64,000 nt of DNA from Euglena gracilis (taxonomy: Eukaryota), in NCBI GenBank assembly GCA_039621445.1, contig CP154954.1, forward strand, positions 21,340,954 through 21,404,953, in the 5' to 3' direction. Under the pieces are notes generated by a model that saw nothing but the letters and a program-made list of their open reading frames with translations, had not been told where the DNA came from and made no database searches. Shown piece after piece: positions 59,959-64,000 of this stretch (the stretch's first letter is position 1; each line of letters opens with the position of its first letter). Made by a program: the position numbers and the translations under genes.

Positions 59959-60811
59959 GGGGGAGCACACGGCTGGCCGACGGCTGGCCGACGGCGTGAC
60001 GGAAGCCGAGTCATTTGTTCATCTGAATGAGGGTAGCAAATGCCTAATTTGGTGTGCCAATTTGGAAATTTGAGAGGCAAATTCCTAATTTAGTGTGCCA
60101 ACTCCTAATTTTGAGGTGCAAATTCCTGATTTTACGTCAAAATTCCTAATTTTGAGTGGCAAATGCCTCATTTCGGATGTAAAAACACTGAAATTTGAGT
60201 GGTAAGCGCTATTTTGGGTTGGCAAATGCCTGATTTTAGGTGTAAAATCCAATTTTCAGTGGAAAATTGGGTGGCATGAGTGGAAATGCACATCTCGGGG
60301 TGAAAATCAGTTGCAGCGGCTAATGCCTAAAGCAACATGCTTCATGTTGGGTTCAGGTGCCAAATCTTAATTTCGGATGTTCATTTTGAATTATCTTTCA
60401 AATTCTACAAGAGGGGCTACCTTGGGCAAGGCAATTTTTAGTCACTTGAAACCAATTCACACAAAATTTGAGCCTTTTGTCAGTTCGTTGAAAATGGGAC
60501 ACCAGTTGAGCAATTTTTAGTTATTCAAATACCTAATTTGCAGACGAAAATCCTTCACAGTGACTATAGAATGACCCAAAAATAGGCCGAAATGGTCAGA
60601 ATTGGCCAAAAAGAGTCCAAAATTAGCAAACTTGACAAAAGTTAGCGAAAAATGACTTAAAATGGGCAAAAATGCAGCCTCTACTAATGATGAACATGAC
60701 CTTGAAGGGAGATTGACGGCGAAATTGCTTCTTCATTGCAAGGCTGTGGCTCGGGACATTTTCCTGTGAGTCACACGGCTGGCCGACGGCTGGCCGACGG
60801 CGTGCTCCCCC
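59959..60811. mobile_element. Non-autonomous TIR element in AT-rich DNA
   Basis: 10-bp TIR GGGGGAGCAC/GTGCTCCCCC flanked by TAT on both sides; 33-bp subterminal direct repeats; internal GCAAATKCCTAATTT-like array. Confidence 0.65.
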
Positions 60812-60899
60812 TATGTAATATTTTTTTGGCAACCTCCAACTAAAAGGCCCCCCCAGGGGGCCCTTTTAGTTGGAGGTTGCCATAGGCTGCATAGGCTGC

Positions 60900-60901
<2 letters not shown>

Positions 60902-60944
<43 letters not shown>

Positions 60945-60950
60945 TATATA
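60902..60950. repeat. (TA)n microsatellite
   Basis: Directly visible. Confidence 0.9.
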
Positions 60951-63900
60951 ATTGAAGTAATGATCGAATAAAATAGATTATCTTATCAAATAATATATTT
61001 TATGTGTATCAATACCTTTGTATTAGTGGGTCTAAATCTATTAATCTACTATTATACTTATTTCTATTTATAGATATTTACTTCTATTATATCTGTACAA
61101 CCTCTATAAAACTATTATATCTGTACCAACTTCTATAAAATATTAATCGATACAATAATTATGTACCAGCTAATCCTATAGGTATTGATACAGTGGACCT
61201 AATCCAATACATGCTTTATTTGGGCTTCGGGTAGAGGTTTTAGAGGTAATATATAAAAGGTAAATCTGACATGTGTAGCAATTATAATATATATATATAT
61301 ATATGTAATATTGTTAAAATTAAAACATCTTCAAAAAACAAGAACTAAAAAAAACTTTTAAAAAAAATATTAAAAAATCCCTTGTGGCAGCCATTTTTTT
61401 GCATGTAATTTGGCTTCTGTGCACCCAAGAATGACCCCTGAATGTTGTGCACCAGTCCAATTTTGTAAGAGGCAAATTTGTTCACGACTATTCTTTTTGG
61501 GCATGAACAATTAATCCTGTTCAGGGGTCCCGAACGAATAATCGATCAATCATCAAAACATTGACCTGGGTATGGTACGGCAACTTCCTGCAACTGTAGT
61601 CAGCCCTGCTTCACTTCATTCATTTCAGTTTACCAGTCATTGATTTCGATGCTTGAGCCCTGGAAAGGTCGTTGTTGGCCGGCCCTTCGGCCTGAGGGCG
61701 GGCATTCCTTAGTCAAAAAAACCCTGACCCATAATTGGATTTGGAAAAGTCCAGCCCCCGGAAAGACAGGAAAGCCAGCGGCACCGAAACGCCGCTTTCA
61801 GAAAGTGGTGGCGAACGCCGGTTCTGTCGTGAACCCGGCGTTCCGTCCCAGACACCGGCTTCACGACAGAACCACGCCTCCCTTCTTGATATAGAGGTTC
61901 CATTGCGTCAAAAAAAAGCTGCCGCATTGGATTAAAATGCTGATGGTGTTTTCCCAGGCATGCAAAAGATGTAACACAAGGGATACTTCTATTTTGGGGC
62001 CCTCAGACAGCAAAAAAAAAAAATCATTGGATTGCCTAAAATCAATGGATTTGCCAAAACTCCCAAAAATTCTGGCGCCTTTGTCGGTTTTTGGCCCATC
62101 TGGAGCCAAAACCAGTCAGTCACGCCAAAAAAAAGGCAGTCAGTCACCCTGGGTCGGAACTTGAAACAAGCCTGTCCTTCACAACATCACTGCCTTGGTT
62201 GATGACAATGGTCACCTGATGTGCGTTGGACCCGTCCTCCACAGGCGAAAAGCTGACTCCCAGCCCAATGAAGTTGGACGTAAATCCAAAGTTGTCACCT
62301 GCTACGAAAAATGGGTTCCCTGTTGCCAGGGCTTGGGATGAAAATCAAATAAACCGCCATCACTAGCAGACAAAAAAGCACCTCAGTCTCCCAAGTTGTT
62401 CAAATGTTCAAATCAAACCCTGTTTGTCACCCACAATGAAAACACACCACTTGTCGAAGGTGCATCACCACTGATCCCACACCATGTGTTGCATTTTCAG
62501 CAGGACTGGGCTACCATGGTGTTTGGGTTTGCATTTGGGGGGGGGGGGCTTAATTAATTTGAGGAACAAAAAAGTACAGTGTCACCCAATCTCTCACAGC
62601 ACAACCTAAAATTGACCAAAAATTGGCTGGTGGAGGGAGGTGGAAGTGGAATTACCATTCTGAAGCTGCTTTTTTTTAACCTACCACAGGGGAGCCCCTT
62701 CGGGATTTCGGCCTAGCTCAGGAACTTTCCTCAGAAAACAGGCCATTTTCCTTGAAAACGGGCCTTTTTGAGCCTTCCAGCCCCAAAGGGACCGGGGGGC
62801 CAAGGTCCCCACCCTACCAGGCCCCCCCCCCCCCCGGGGTGGGGTCGGCACCCGACTTGAGAGGGCATGGTAGGATAACCGAAAGGGGGGTCTGCAAAAG
62901 ACAACAGACGGGGGGGGTTGGGGTCACAGGGGGGCTCGCGGGGGGGGGGAACAGGTTTTATATCATGGGGGTTGGGGACGCGGGGGACGCGGGGGCACCA
63001 CCATTCTGGGTACCGTGATCTGGCTCATTGTGGGAAGTTGGTGATGGATTTTTTGGTGGTCACCAGTGATTAGTCGCCAGCGAATGGTCGCCAGCCAGCA
63101 ACTGTTGGTGACAACAAATTGACCCCCAAATGTGGGTTTTCAAAGGCATTTGGGTGGGTCGAGCCATTTTCCTCCATGAAACGCATGGTCCTCAATGGTC
63201 GGCAGTAACATCTAAATGGGAAGAAATTTTCATCTATATTGGCATTGCACACAACCATCCATCTTCCTTGAAGAAGTGTTCCCAACTCCGGGACTCCTCC
63301 AGACCCCCAATTAGCCCATTGGAGGCCGCTCGGGGGGGGTCCGACCCCCCCCTCCCCCCCACCCTGCGCAGCCGCCCGCGCGGCCGCTCGCCCCCCCCCC
63401 CCCCTGGACCCCCCCCTCCCCACTGTGCCTAGCATAGCCAAGAAAAAAAATTTTGTGAAAAAATCGCGAGTTTTTTGAGGCCCAAAAATGACCAAAAGTG
63501 ACCATTTTCGGACATAAAATGGAAAATTTGGGGGCCGCGCGTTCTGCGCGCGGCCAAAAAAAGCACTTTTTTTTGGTCAAAAATGCCCAAAAATGGCAAA
63601 AAATGACCACTTTTTGGACCCGAAAATCACCGATTTCAGGATGCGCGCTGCCTGCGCGGCCGCCCTCGGACCCCCCTCCCCCCCCCCTCCCCCCCGCGCG
63701 GCCGCCCGCGCGGCCGCTCACCCCCCCCCTCAGCCCCCCCCCCCCCCCTTTTCCTGGCCCCCATTAGGGGTGGGGGGACAACTGGGTGGGGGAGGGAGTT
63801 TTTTCCAGCGAATTTTAAAATTTTTGAAACGGACGTTTTTGGAGGTTTCCTGAGCCCTTCGCGACCTTGCAGAAATTGGCCAGTCAAAAAGGTCTAAAAA

Positions 63901-64000
63901 TCCCTGTGTGGTTAAGTTCGGACCTCGACAGGGGGGTTCTGCTGTAGGGTTCTGCTGTTCCCGGTGCCTGGGCTTCCCAACAAAACTTTGTTAGTCCAGA

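Noticed and set aside
62170-63310. Protein-like stretches at ~62180-62520 and ~63070-63300
   Set aside because: Frame and strand are ambiguous, with stops and no recognisable family.
1-64000. tRNA, rRNA or spliced-leader RNA genes
   Set aside because: None recognised by eye; the only tRNA-related sequence is the 11-nt PBS. A tRNAscan-SE/Infernal run would be needed to exclude them.

Overview
Eukaryotic, intron-rich, repeat-dense DNA, most likely euglenid. The evidence is short GC-rich exons, GC-AG and GT-AG introns, and non-GT-AG introns that fit the euglenid nonconventional-intron consensus. 0.8-8.0 kb (+): eight 3' exons of a circularly permuted RbgA/YlqF/MTG1-family GTPase, followed head-to-tail by a probable coiled-coil gene (8.7-11.2 kb). 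14.3-40.6 kb: a nest of retroelements. A 16.7-kb Ty3/gypsy chromovirus (18426-35113, minus; LTRs ~98% identical, tRNA-iMet PBS, PPT, GAAGG TSD) is inserted into a degenerate DIRS-type tyrosine-recombinase retrotransposon. A second DIRS element, with an internal 1.25-kb inversion, lies next to it. The most unusual object is the chromovirus. Its Pol carries a Dam-like DNA N6-adenine-methyltransferase-like domain between protease and RT, plus a C-terminal chromodomain. It also has ~2.7 kb of coiled-coil coding sequence before gag, ~5.4 kb of unrecognised coding sequence after pol, and LTRs that end TG...CT instead of TG...CA. 40.6-64 kb: mainly G/C-run-rich MITE-like elements, hairpins and tandem repeats, with scattered minus-strand exons of a probable coiled-coil gene. 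All domain calls come from reading motifs by eye; no database searches were run.
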